Below, piece by piece: positions 1 to 15,209 of a DNA stretch of 64,000 nucleotides (positions are counted from its first letter, which is position 1; each line of letters opens with the position of its first letter). A program made the translations under genes and the position numbers. The notes under the pieces were generated by a model. That model saw only the letters and a list, made by a program, of their open reading frames with translations, had not been told where the DNA came from and searched no databases. The DNA is from Massalongia carnosa. Taxonomy: Eukaryota. The stretch is taken from the NCBI GenBank assembly GCA_965645245.1, contig OZ287070.1, positions 558,001 through 622,000 on the forward strand, read 5' to 3'.

Positions 1-284
1 GACTTATGTCATCACACAGGTGGGGCGATGACAATTTTCAAACAGTTCTATGGCGATCAATGGGTGCCATGGGCTGTAGGCTACCATCAGCTGGAATAGA
101 CCTAGCGATGGCTTGCGGAACAGAAGAACATGCGTTGATGATATATAAAGCAGGCATGAAACTCATTGATGGGTTTTTGTGGCAGTATCCAAAGTGTTGT
201 CAGCATTGGCGAAGTCTGCGTTCGGTGGATTTTTTCTTCTTCCAAACCGAGAAGCAATGAACAAGCCAGTCTTGCTGGTTATCA

Positions 285-2191
285 TTATTGCCTCACCCTC
301 TTGCTTTTCCCTAGTAAGTCAGGGAATGAAAACTGAACCGCAACCCCTTGCGACCTGGCAAACTCAACGGCGTCCACGTGGACCGAAGCACAATTCTTGA
401 GATTGAGATATTCGAGCTTCGCATGCGGCTTCAGTACGAGCGCTTTCACGCCCACACCAGTGACTTTGCTGGACTCGAGATCCAGAACTTTTAAGTGGTG
501 CAATCTAGTAGCCAGAGCTTCTGCAAGTGCATCGTTGACAGCGCTATCTCCAAGACCTAATTTAACGACCCCGTCCAAGAATCCAAGTCGTAAAAGACAG
601 TGTATACCCGCCACGTCAAGTTTATGGCATCCCCTAATATTCAGCGATTGAATTCTCCCTTGACTTGGTCGGAGTAGTTCAGAAAACTCAGCTATCTCTA
701 GATCATAGAAATTTACCAACGAAAGACTTCTCAACGCAGGCAGAGAGCAGTTCAACATGCTAAACATGCTGTCAATGGTCCTGCCGGTCTTGCTACCGCT
801 ATCAGTAAGATCTAGACTCGATATTGACGGTGGTAATTGAGGAAAACCAAGGCCAATGCTGTGCGCGAGACTGAGTTGTCGAAGCTGGGTCAGAGCACTA
901 AAGTCCAAACTTGTAGGCTGTGGCCTATGCAACCAGTTCCAACCTTGAATAGCCAGATTTTTGACTAAAGGAATTGCCAACAAGAGCATGTCCTAGTAAT
1001 CTAATTTAGTAGATACAATCTGACCAAATGCTTTATGCTTACCAAGTTGAGTGTGGACCCTGATACGGGTTCCCTTCTTTTGACGCTCAACACCAGCGAG
1101 CGGATTTGGGGCATATTGCTTGGCCACTTGACTATAGTGCTATGAGAAATTACGTTGTGGAACTCCGCTCGCTCGATGCTGCTACAATGACCCAAGAACT
1201 GACTTAAGGTATCAAGAGTGAGTTCGCAACTACCTGAAAGAATGACGGTCTTCAGAGTTTTCGCGAAAGGGGCTGCTTTAAGAAGCGTACTACCACTGAG
1301 GCCACTAGCAACGTCTATGTGTTCTAACCTCTTGCAATGTTGGGTAATGTACCTCAGAATCTCATCATGATGGGGTTTCGAAAAGTGGAAAGTTGCTCTT
1401 GTGGTGCTTCCATTCGAATTTTTCACATAGCTACGTATTGCACCCATGGAGACCGGCTTGACAGCACCCGAAAAGTCAAGATGCCTCCACATTCTCGGCA
1501 TCGAGATCATCATTGACCGCCATGACTTGGATACACATAGAAGTTTTCTATAACAGTGATTATGGAATTAGTGAGGCAAGATTTGAGGCAGAGAATGACT
1601 TACACGACCGTTTGAAAGCCCACATGCTGCAGAATAAGCTCAGCGAGCTCCCCCGGTAAGACGTTCATCGGATCAACAGTTCTTATATGCATGCATAGTT
1701 TATCATGCATGTGCCGGAGAAGCTATACCTGCAACTGAGCATGTAGAGAGGAGTGGTGGTTAAGGACTGACCTCAATGTTAGTACTTCCAGAAGATATTA
1801 TCTTCAGGCCAAATTTGTAAATTCTTAAAGCCAATTGATTTTCTCCTAGGAGTTGAAGAACTTTCCCAGTACGGAGATAACCCTAAGTACATCAGAAACC
1901 ATGCAATGGGAGGTGGTCCTACTGCTCTATTACCATACAACTGGCCTTGTCCTCCCGAATCATACGCTTTCCATCCCGTAATGCAGCTTGCAGATCGCCA
2001 ATCTGAGTGTATGTTGCAGCTCTTTTATTGAGGGCAGCGTAAAGTAAGCTATCTTCGTTCGCTATGATCTAATATACGTTATAAAAGGGTTGCCAATTTC
2101 GTTGCAGAAGACTTACGCTGTTGAAGCATTGAAGTGCGCCATGGAAATCCTTCTTCCGATACAATGATTGGCCATGATATAGCGGATCCAT
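285..2191 (-). CDS. TPR + F-box + leucine-rich-repeat protein (Pof3/Dia2-like SCF substrate adaptor), 6 exons
   Basis: Manual splicing from ATG 2191 across five GT-AG introns gives TPR-like helices (GQSLYRKKDFHGALQCFN; LNKRAATYTQIGDLQAALRDGKRMI; GYLRTGKVLQLLG), an F-box (DPMNVLPGELAELILQHVGFQTVVKLLCVSKSWR) and LRRs in ORFs 1001-1513 and 285-989. Confidence 0.85.
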
Positions 2192-2534
2192 GATAGCATT
2201 ATTGGTGATGCCTGCCATCATAGAAATTCTCACCAGTAACAAGTAATAAAATCTCTGTAGAATTGTCTTGCGTTGGCTGGGTATTGAAGAAAAGGGAAGA
2301 CCGTGTGTGGGATTGACGCGAGCGCGTTCCTCGGTTAACTAAGGTAGGTTAGGTATGATACACTATCACGTGTCGTAACAAAGGCGAGAAACACTAGTTA
2401 GAGAGTTATGTCCCTTAAGTCCGAAAATCACCAGCTCGGTAACTGAACAGCATAGCATGAAATCAAACTTAAGTTGGCTTTTGGTATAACTAGATAATTT
2501 GCACCAAGCGCTATCTTCGAAGTTTCACACAATC

Positions 2535-4931
2535 ATGACGAGCATTGATGACCTTTTCAAGGTTAACCATCATTTCTCTAAGCGTGTAGAAATTCCATGC
2601 TGATAATATCTAGAAGCCCAATTTACCAACTACCAAGCGCAAAGCTGGCGTTTCTCAAAATCCAAGTAATTTTCTTTATACCAAAAAGGCTACCTTCAAT
2701 TAATAATGCGTTAGATAAGAATTACAAAATCCCTAAGCTGAGCGCTGAGGACAACGTTAGAACCACTAGAAAGGTTATTGGGGATGATGAGGATAGTGAT
2801 GATGAGTTGACTGCAGGCCCCGAAGTACCACTAGACCAGGATGAAGTAGCTATCGATGAGGAGGGGCGCTTCTATGGGGGAGGAATCACCAGTGGTACTG
2901 CCGAGGTTTTAAATTTTATTGATGAACGTGACAACGAAGATTTCAAGGTTGGCCTCGAGTTCTATATAGGAGGAATCTAGGGCGTTACTGACGCCCGCTG
3001 CTTGAAGGCCGAGAAGATCGACTCCACTTGGCTGCGAAAACTCGCGTTGAGTTTTGAAAAGAAGATCTCGCGGAATGCCGAGTTAAGAGCAAAGTTCGAA
3101 GACTCGCCTCAAAAGTATGTGCGGAGAAAGTACGCAGACGGGTGGTTTGGGTCTGATTGGTGTTTGCAGGTTCATGGGCTCAGAAGCAGATCTAGATACG
3201 GAGATCAAGGTGCTATCCATACTATCCGAACATCCAGATTTGTATGAAGAGTTTGCCAAAATCGGTTGTGTTGCGTCACTTGTCTCGCTACTCTCGCATG
3301 AGAATACAGATATCGCCATCGATGCAATCGAGATTATCAACGAACTTACCGACGAGGATGTGGAGGCAGAACAGACCCATTGGGATGCTCTAGTTGATGC
3401 TATGGTGAGTTGGAGCAATTCTATCTGTTATAGCTCTGACTGCTTCAGCTGGAATCGGATCTGATAAATCTTCTCTACGAAAACATTTTACGCCTGAACG
3501 AGGATAACAAATCCGATAAGGCTGGCATATACCACGTGCTTGGTAATATATCCCATAGATATGAAGACTTCAGTACACTCACCGTTTCTAGGAGTGTTAG
3601 AAAACCTATCATCACGAGCATCAATTGCTGAAGTCATGGGCAAAGAAACCTCTTTAATCAAATGGCTTGTATCGCGTATCCAGAAACCAGAGACTTCCAT
3701 CAGCCAAAACAAGCAGTACTCCGCCGAGATTCTCGCCATCCTATTGCAATCCTCAACCGCCAATCGCGCTCGACTGGTTGAGCTGGAGGGGATTGACATT
3801 CTCCTGCAGCTCCTAAGCCCCTTCCGGAAACGAGACCCCTCAAAAGGTACCGAAGAAGAAGAATTCGTCGAGAATCTCTTCGACTGCATCACATGCTGCG
3901 TTGATGACCGTGATGGTAAGGAAAAATTTCTTGTAGCCGAAGGCATTGAGCTTTGCCTCATCATGTTGCGGCAAGGGAAGATGAGCAAACCGCGCGCATT
4001 GCGGCTATTAGATCACGCTCTCGGCGGTCTCGACGGAGCTGCGAGCTGCGAACGGCTCGTCGAAGCAGCAGGCCTGAAGGTAATATTCACCATGTTTATG
4101 AGAAAGGTAAACATTATCATACCCTCCCCGGCTTTCTCGGAAACTACTACTAAAAAGTAAACCCCATAGCACGACTCTCAAACAATAGAACATCTTCTGG
4201 GCCTCCTTGCTTCCATGCTCCGCTCTCTCCCTTCAGATTCCCCTCCCCGCATCCGCCTCCTTGCCAAATTCGTCGAGAACAAGTATGAGAAGCTTGACCG
4301 CATAGTTGCAATTCGGCGGGACCTTGCGTCTAAAACCGCGGCTGTGGACCAGGAGATTGCGATCGAGCGGGCAAGTCTACTAGCCGTGGAGCAAAAGGGG
4401 CGTGCGGACGAGTGGTTCTCTAGACGGCTGGACGCGGGTTTATTCTCGTTGCAGGTATGTTCAGCAGAATTTTTTATTTGAAAGGCTTTGCAGAGTCGGT
4501 GCTTAGAGGACCTGACGTTTTGCCGAGGAGGAAGTATTGGTGGCTGACATCGATTTTGGGTAGACGGTAGATGTGATCCTTGCCTGGATGGCGGCCGAAG
4601 ATTCAGGTGCAAGAGACAAGATCCAAGCACTGCTAGCGGATCGAGACGAGAGCTTCCAGGACGTGAAGAAAACGTTGCAAGGTGAGTCTTCTACATATCC
4701 TACTTCCGCTCCTTTTCTCTTTTCATTTCAAGCAAGCATCAACGATATTTCACCCGATCATTATCATTACTTTCCAATCTCCTATTATAGCGGACATGGG
4801 AGGCTTTCACTAACTCATCAACTTCCCTCCATCTCCAAAAAATAGAGCAGCTTGACAACATGAATGCGAGCGCCGAAGACGAGGACACGGATCTGAAAGC
4901 TATGCTTGAAACACTGCTGCTACATCTTTAA
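2535..4931 (+). CDS. CTNNBL1: Beta-catenin-like protein 1 (Prp19/NTC spliceosome-associated armadillo protein), multi-exon
   Basis: Starts MTSIDDLFK. Spliced exons contain DEEGRFYGGG, FEKKISRNAELRAKFEDSPQKFMGSEADLD, LLSHENTDIAIDAIEII, NKQYSAEILAILLQ, EEEEFVENLFD, RLLAKFVENKYEK and RRLDAGLFSLQ. All introns are GT-AG; stop TAA at 4929-4931. Confidence 0.92.
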
Positions 4932-5374
4932 ACGTCCTACCGTATATATATACCCCATTTCATCATTAATCTTTCATCACGTTCATGATGTAGGTTTTGC
5001 GGGCTGAGGAGCAGGAATGAAACGAAAAAAGGCTCAACTTTGCTTATTGTTGCTTTGACCTTGCGATCTGAACCCTGGATGAAATGTTTATGTTAGAAAC
5101 CACACCCCACTCGATGGGAAGAAGGGGACCCTTTCGAATGATTTCCGAGAAGCAACCGTATGCGGGTTGATTGACAAACGCCCTGAGAATCGCCAGCACA
5201 CCATCCCTTTCCAAATGCAACCCCCTTCCATCCGCTCATGCTCTGGAGAACTCATACACAACTCTTGACCGTGAACGAAAAAAACAACATACTCGATACC
5301 AAAAAAATCAATGCACGCTTCGCTTTTACAGTATTTTCATCACCGTCATGTTCAAGGAAGCTAAAGCCCCAAGA

Positions 5375-8300
5375 TTATTCCCCGTCTTTGTAGAACTTCC
5401 TCATAATCAAATGCAAGAACAGATTCACATTAACCCTTAGCACCCCGCCGAAAAACTCCAAAAATTGCGTCCCATTGAACTGGGCCTGCAGCAGATCGTC
5501 CAGCGGCACCTGCGCGCTCGCGCCTGGCATAGAGATGGACCCGTTGCTGCCCTCAATGCTAAACACGCCAACCTCGTTGCTGGAAATAGTCAAGTCAATC
5601 TGCGCCCATTGGCGCTCGGCGTAGCCTCGCCACCCGACCAGAATGCCGCGGTTCGCCAGTTCCTGCGCCGAGTACTTGAAGGAGCCGAACTTGGGAACGC
5701 GCCCGGAGCGCTGGAGCTCACGCTCGTGGTCCCACTGCTTGGTGAAGGGCACGAGGAAGCGCTTCTTACCCTTTTTATTCTGTAGCGTCACCATAGCTTG
5801 CTCAATGTAGTCGTTGTAGGTTTTAAGTTGCTGCTCGAGGTAGCTGGCCTGGTCAGTGAGGCGAGCAAGCGTAAGGCGGACGCCTTCGAGTTCGCGCTGG
5901 CGCTGGATACGCCGGCGGTGCTTGGTGCGGATATCAACTGCGATGGCGTTGAGGAGATCTTGGTAGTGGTTATGGCGGGTGAGGCAGTTGCACTGCTCGA
6001 GGCGCAAGATATTTTCGAGGGCGGTGCGTTTTAGTTCGGCGTAGGACATAGTGGCGATGTCGATGAGGGTGTTGGCTTCCGAGTAAGCACTGCGTTTCCG
6101 GCTTCCTGCGGATAGCTCGTCTCGGACCAAGCCCTCCCATCTATCTTCGTCCTCCATGGTAATAGGTTTAACCATGATCTCCATGAGATTTCCGCCTGAT
6201 TGCACTCGGATGATGTATAAAATGCACCGCTTAGTTTCCATAAACAGAGCTTTGATCTCAGCATCAGGATCTGTGAATGGTCAATGAGCTAACAATACTT
6301 TCAAGGCACGGATGATATGTAAACCTCACCTTCTACATCGTGTAGTTTAGGATTCAGCGTGAGACAGATTTCTGATGTGCTAACGTTCATGAGCTCATGT
6401 TCATTCGTCTTCGCGCTGCCAAGCTCGCGGATTACTTCTCGCAATATGTCATCGTGGTTAGGGCAGATGTATGATGTTTCAGCAGCAACCAAGTGATGTA
6501 TGGAAAATATGTCTGCCATCTTAATGTATAATGTTGGTTTCGTTCGCGCGTATAGGTCATTAAACTCATCAATATCGAAGTGAGTTTCAGCATCCGGAAC
6601 GGCAATCACTACGCACCCATCATAGTCAGCGACTTATCTCGATACTCCTGCAGAGTTCACTCACAGGTCTTCCAAATATGGCTAAGACGTCTGATTGATT
6701 CTCCAACATAGCTGTTAAGCGGCTGCAGAAAGACGTTTTCGCCTCCAAAAAGCCTTCCCACAGCGACCTGCCCAAGTACCTTGGCTACTTCCCCAACGTT
6801 CCTTTTCTGCTGCTGTGAGAGGCTCCGGTCCAGGACTCCAAACCTTTCAGGCTCCATTAGGGCGGGTTGTAAGTAGCTCTTCCATACCCAGTGTCCAACT
6901 ATCTGCAGTATGTGGCCCTGCTCATCATGCTGAAACCTTGAAGTCAGGCTTTGGAACATTTGTTGTGCAATATATCGGACACCATACGGCATCCTATGCA
7001 AACTGTCCTCAAGCGCAGTGTAGAATTGATCCGTGATATCTCGTAGATCTTGAAGATGGGCTATGAATGTACGTTTGGTCTCTTCGTCACGAATAGCCTC
7101 TTCACGAGGAATGTCCGGACTTCGGCGACTTCTTTGGCCTGTTCGTAACTGCTCGTTCTCAATTGCCGAGAGATATATTTGCATAGGATCACTCTCAAGG
7201 TCTAGATCAGGGCTGTCGGTTATATTTTCTTTGATAATCGGTGACAAGACGTCGCGCATATACTTACGATCTCGGGGTGACTTGACATAAGCGCTGAAAA
7301 GTTTGGCCCAGAAAAAGTTGCTTCTCAAGTATTCTTTTATTGTTGGACAATTGTCAATTTCCTCTTTCATTGAACGTGTGATTAGCTTGATCAGATAATA
7401 CTCTTCCCGGCGTTTTTGAGCATAGCCAAACAGACCCATCATGAGGTGCTTGATGCGCTCGCATTCTTTTTCCGCTGTGGCCTGCTCCCTAATCTTTCTA
7501 AAAAGCCGGGCAAGGTATTGAGGATGAGTTTGCAATACGAAGAAAAGCTCTTGATAGTGTTCTAGTTTTCTTCTAGAGTTCTTGTTCAGGGCTTTTAAAT
7601 CGAAAGGATCTTTCGAAGAAATCTCGGTGTTCGTCAGAAGACTTCCAACATGTCCTCCAAAATGTTTCTGATGTTTCACCACTTCGTCTAGAGTAATCTT
7701 ATTCTTCACAAGAAGAGCTATCTTAATATCCAACTGCGTGATATACTGATCTGCCATCTCATTCTGCCGAACATGTTGTACGACTGTTTTTCGAAGTCTC
7801 TCAAACTCAACTTCCTCGTCAAAATCAAAGTTGTTGTCATTGAGTAAATGTACAAAGCCCTTGACGGTCCCGACCGGCGGATTACTGCCGCTTGTAAGAC
7901 TTTTATAGGCTTCGCCTTGAAGTCGTGCTCGAATAAAGCTCTGAACCTTCACTACCTTTTCCATGTTCGCCTTAAAAAATCTCTGCTTCTCGGCGAATTG
8001 TTCCCGTACCAGTTTACCACGTATTGCACACTGGAGAGCTACAACGATATGTTCATCGTCTTCAAGCTCGCCTAGTAATGTTCCGACTTCTATTCTTAGT
8101 ATCATAGCACGAGATAATGACTGAAGATGGATGATCTCTGGCGTGTTTGATTCAAGCTCGCTATGCAGCTTGTGTTGGCTATAACGAATCAACCATCCAC
8201 GAGCATAGCACTGAAGTTTTACAATCGTTGATGTATCGTTATGTAGACTCTGGAGATCGTTCAGTTGTCTTCGGCGGAACAGATACGCCCGGGAAAATGA

Positions 8301-10748
8301 TTGGAGTTCTGAAGTTTCATGGGCCACTTGGGATAATGCAGTTCTAATTTTGTCCACCTCTCTCCGAACGACCGCCCCACGTACAGCAGCTTGCACATCC
8401 TCTATAGTTTTTGTTTGAACTATAAGCTGCCTATTGATATCAGAAGCTTGCAGGCGAATAAGTGATCCCCGAACAAAAGCTTGAACAGCTATGGTGCTTT
8501 CTTCTGATTTTCTGAGTTGGCTTCTAATGCTTGCTTTTTTTTTTCGAAGAAGGAATCCTCGCATAGACCCTTGGCATGCTTTCGTAACATTCTCTTGTTG
8601 ACTGAGTTGCTCCTCGATATCTTTAATCTGCTGCCTAAGAAGAAACCCACGTATCACCGCTTGAAGGGCCATGATACTGTTTTTCTGGCTAATGAGCTGC
8701 CTTCGAAACATGACGAGTTGCTCCCGTCGAATGAATCCACGTAAGGTAGCTTGCAAAGAACAGCAAAGCCCAGTAACATCCCTTAGCGCTGTTTCTTGAG
8801 CCACCATTCGAAGTCTGGTTGTCATTGCCCTTGCAGCTGATTGTACCTCTGTGATGGAGAGATTTGATTCTTGAAGCATGCGTTTGGTGGTTTCAATTTT
8901 TCGTCGCTGAAGCATTCCACGTAACGCAGCCTGCAAGTATTCAATGTTTGCCTCAGCTTCTCTGCTTTCTTCATACTGCTCATCGACTAATCTACGCTGC
9001 AAAGCGCCACGAATCGCTGCTTGTAGTTGCTTGATGCCAGATTCTTCTCTTCTTGCAAGTAGCTTCAGCGTCTTCGTGGCTTTTCTTGATTTTCTTCCTC
9101 TTACTAGGCTTTGCATCATCACAACTTCCTTTTCCTTCGCTCTCCACCACCTCTCTTCCGATTCTTGTCTCACCCGAATTAGAAAGCCTCTTGCAGCGCT
9201 CTGAAGATTAGTAGCGAAGTGTTTCATGCTAACCCTATATTCAAATATTTGCCGAGCCCAGCTGCCTCGGATGGCAGACTGAAGCTCAGCTAGCCGTGGT
9301 TCTGAGTCCCACAGGCAATGCATCTGTTCTCCAAGGCCTATACGAACCATTGCGCCCCTTATCTGAGCCTGAAACTCAGAAATTGTAGCTTCCTTCTCAC
9401 CAAGTTCACGCTCTATCCTTTCTTCTTCAGACTCCTGCGGCTCTAGTTCGGGTTCTGCGCCAAAATTCGCGCTCATACCGGTGAAGCTAGGCATACTAAC
9501 CCCGGCCTTGTCTAGTCCCTTTTGCATTTCCTCCAACTCATGATGCTCAAATTCTAGCTGGCCAACAAGGTTACCAATCCGAAAATCAAGGATCCCTTTC
9601 CTATATAATAACCAAGACAAGGCATGAATACAATATATGACCTTTGGGATGTTCTTCTTTTCATAGAGATCGATCAGCTCAAAACGAAAAAGCTCGGGAA
9701 GTTCAACGTCGGCTAGGAATCGGAAGAAAACCGCAATGTTGTCAGAATGCCGGAACTGTAGCTTCGGATTTCGAAAGATCCGTATGGGTTGGTTTGGATA
9801 CAATGCTTGAACTATTTCGGCCAACGTGACGCCATCGCGAAGAGCTTCCTCCAATTGCACAATCGGCGGTAATGGAGAATGAATAACGTCCTCTATCCAC
9901 TCCTTAGCCTCTCCTATGTGGCAAAGATACTCGTAGGCTTGCAAAAATTGTCGTTGTCTGTCTATCCAATTTCGTTCCGCCCATGCAGAGCTCTGCTCAT
10001 GAAGCGGCCTTCCCGAGGCTCTATTAACCCTTTGAGAATCGGTCCTTTTCAACTGTCTACGTCCGTGCAAGCCTGCAACTGACGGTGCTGGGGACGTCAA
10101 TGAGAAGTCTTCCCCATCTTCCTGTTGAGCAAACTTTGAGAGCGCTCTTAGGTGACTAGTAGTGGATTTCTTCATAGTATCTAGGTCCGGCGAAGACAAG
10201 ACAGGTCCAAGAGGAGAATTATGAATCTGATTGAGCCTCTTTGATATGGTGGATGGTGTGACCGAATCAGCTCTGCTCAAACCGATTGAGTGTGAAAGGC
10301 GAGATGGCCCAAGACTTGAGGTTGGCGAATGCGACGGGCCATGGTGCTGATAGTTAGGCGTCTCATCAAGGCTTTGTGCGTGAGCATGGATGGGACTCGA
10401 TGATTTATATGGCGTTGGAGGTGAAGAATTTGGGGGTTGTGGTAGCGGTCTTAACGATTGCCTTACGCTCTTATATCTTCCAATCGCTGTAGCATCATCC
10501 CTGTTACTCCCCCTTATTGTCGAATTCCTCGTTGGAGAGGTCTCAGAAATCCCCCTTTTGTGGCCAGCCCTATACTGGTAACTGCTGGAAACTGAGGACA
10601 TGGTACTAGTCGGGCTTGGGGGGATCGGATTTGAAAAATGTGAATAGGACGAAGAGTTGGTCGAGGCGTTCGATGTTTGCCGTGATGAACTTAGATTCGA
10701 GGCTGTATAGGCCGGCAAATGCGACTGGCGTGGATACTGATACGACAT
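5375..10748 (-). CDS. IQG1: IQGAP (Iqg1/Rng2-like cytokinesis scaffold): CH domain, IQ array, RasGAP-related and RasGAP_C domains; 3 exons
   Basis: QFLQAYEYLCHIGEAKEWIE...LEEALRDGV...FRHSDNI...DLYEKKNIPKVIYCIHALS (CH domain), about 17 IQ-like QxxxRG motifs, LDIKIALLVKNKITLDEV, GRD, and C-terminal NVNLFLHLIMRKFY. Likely start MSYQYP at 10748; GT-AG introns near 6611-6666 and 6272-6330. Confidence 0.95.
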
Positions 10749-11069
10749 TGCATCGAGCCTTACTACCTTCGCATAGATCTCTCCCACCGATGAGCCGTGG
10801 CAGATGGCATTTGTTTTCTTGCAACTGGTAGCTGCGGCCTTCCAATGACCCGTAGGTTCGTGTAAAGAGGGGTTGCGAAGAGTATGATAGCACGGACGCG
10901 GAGAGCTAGCATTTAGCTTCGTGCTTATGAAGGCGGAGAGCGCAATGTCTTCCGAATCAATCAATACACGGTACTTTCAACATTACAGAATAAAAGTATA
11001 TAGAGTAGAGCCAAAGCTAACAGCCGTGGCAGGTAGAAACTTCGATGCGATGTTGACGAGGTGCGGGAA

Positions 11070-11078
11070 GTAAACAAA
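11070..11078 (+). promoter_or_regulatory. Forkhead-type site GTAAACAAA in the divergent IQGAP/IMPDH promoter
   Basis: Exact match to the RYAAACA forkhead consensus about 320 bp upstream of the IQGAP ATG. Yeast IQG1 belongs to the forkhead-regulated mitotic gene cluster. Confidence 0.4.
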
Positions 11079-11290
11079 CCACCGCACGGACCAACAACGA
11101 TTAGGTCAGCTGCCGCGAAATAATAATTTTTTCAACCTTTTCTCTTCTTTTTTTCTTCTCTTGGGAGAAGGTGACTTCGACCCGTCAACATAAGCTCTTC
11201 CGTACACGACCGTTGACTATCTTGCGCTTCTATTCAAGAAGAATCCAGTTTAGCTCGGTTGCAGCATCTGCCCGTTGCTCTATCGTAATC

Positions 11291-13211
<1,921 letters not shown>

Positions 13212-14636
13212 ATGTGAGGTTGGGATTTTGATACCCTGGTTTGATGTGCACCGGATATTTGAGTATTTTCCCTCCATAACCCAGTTCAATAAGAATTCAC
13301 GGAATATTCTTTACCAACAGCAGTGCGGTCTCCTTTTTCAAAAAATGGGTCAAGTGAAGTGCTTCCACCCAATGGACTATGATCTCGACGAGCTGAACTT
13401 GAAGCTAAAACCAAAGTACCTTAAGTCTACTCAAAATTTCCCTTCTTACCTCTTGCTTGACTCATAGCACCATCTTTATGGGCCGAAAAGTTGATAGTAT
13501 GCGCTCCGTCAGTCTTAGAATCTTTCATGCCTCCAAACAGCATCCACTGTCTCTAAGGTATCGATAACCATATCATACCCCGAAGGGAAATCACATCCTG
13601 GCTGAACTACTCACAGGTACACGCTACGAAAGAAGAAAAAAAGCTGCCAGTAAGAAAGAGTAGCAAGTGAGTGAGCAAGTGGAGATTTATTGCTTTTCTC
13701 CTTCTTCTTCCTCTGCTTCTTCTTCTTCTCGAAAGGGAAATCATGTTTCGGATATTACGTTTTCTCAATAAAAAATGGGTTACCTACATACGCCTCGATC
13801 GATCCTGTGTCCCCGGCCCAGGGAAATGGAACAAGGCCTGATTTCATAACTACATAGTTGTGACCTCGATGAGGTAAAGTTCCAGGCTCCACTACTTCTT
13901 TTGCTTTATCCGTCAGAGTCACCTAGGGAATTCGAAGAGGGGGGGGGTCCTGGAAGTTTGGGTTTTGCCAGTAATATGTGCAATGGTCACGTCGTACGGA
14001 GTACTTGGGTTTCGAACTTAGTAACTGGCATCTTTGTTCAGCCCTATTTGATTATTAAAGATGGAACGGGCTAGGTAGGTGTTTCTTTTATATACCTAGG
14101 ATCTTACTAATGCTACATCCCCCCTAGTTGATGCTGTTGCACATTCTCCCCCCCTTCTGGAGGAAGTCGAAAGTCCGCGAAAGTAAGTGGTTTTCTTGTT
14201 TGCTTCAACTTTAGAGTGTAAGATCGACATTTTGGGACATGTCTTTGGGGACGATCGACCATCATTTCTGGACGTTCATTATTCATTTATATAAAATATA
14301 TAACATCGTTTGAACGTTAAAAGTACGTCCCGCAGAACTCCCTTTAATCTAGCTCCACCGGAGCCTCCCAGGATGACCCCTCTTTCACCACCTCCACGCC
14401 CTTCTCGTCCCCCTTGGCGTGTCTATCGAGTGCACTGAATAGAAAATCGGAACAAAAAAAAACCAAAGCTAGGGCGAGACCTTCAGCTCCAGACTAAGCG
14501 AGATGAAGGTTGAAGAATGAAGAACAAAAGAAAGACTTTCGTGAATTGCCGAGGGTAAAGATTCGAAATTCTAGGTTGGTGGAGATTACAAAGGGGTGTA
14601 ATATTTGCAAGATCTTTTTATATAACTATCCGTTCA

Positions 14637-15209
14637 CTAAATCTCATTGTCGCTTTCTTCGAAATCCGATCCCCAGGGCGACCGTACTCCAGCCACGAAT
14701 CGTTTCCATTCGGCAGGGGTTATCTTTGACTGTACATGCTGCCGCTGCGATTGATTCCAGCAATCTTCGCATTGCTTCACCATGCTGTCGGTAACGCCGT
14801 TCTTATACCTATGGCAACTGATACACATGATCTTATTTTCGCCGTTAACCACGATCCGAGTGCCCGGGCTGTAACGCGACGTTCTCGGTTTGGGGCGTAT
14901 CCCACATTCCACGCAGAATCGCGCGTGCTTTTCCTGTCCCTCTTTGCGCTTTTTCCCTTTTCTCATATTGTCGGCGAATTTAGAGCTTGGGCGAAGACGA
15001 ACGCAGTCCATGCAGGTGTAGAGGTGGTGCAGATTGGCGAAAGGAGACATTTCCGCTTCAAGTAGCTCCTTGTGTGTCAGGCGCTTGATCAAGCTGTGGA
15101 AATACACGCTTGTGTTCCTGAGGTTGACGATATCGGGAAAAGCAAGGTTGTCGGCGATGGCAAGGTGGATCTCTGGAGGTAACTTCATCATCAGTGACGA
15201 TTTAGCCAT
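14637..15209 (-). CDS. Small F-box domain protein with Cys-rich C-terminus
   Basis: F-box LMMKLPPEIHLAIADNLAFPDIVNLRNTSVYF followed by CxxC pairs (YTCMDCVRLRP..FAD, RFCVECG, CISC, CEDC). Likely start MAKSS at 15209. Confidence 0.8.
   Translation of the reverse strand: MAKSSLMMKLPPEIHLAIADNLAFPDIVNLRNTSVYFHSLIKRLTHKELLEAEMSPFANLHHLYTCMDCVRLRPSSKFADNMRKGKKRKEGQEKHARFCVECGIRPKPRTSRYSPGTRIVVNGENKIMCISCHRYKNGVTDSMVKQCEDCWNQSQRQHVQSKITPAEWKRFVAGVRSPWGSDFEESDNEI

Noticed and set aside
10749..10964. N-terminal extension of IQGAP in the ORF track
   Set aside because: It starts at TTG and has no targeting-like composition; ATG 10748 is the more plausible start.
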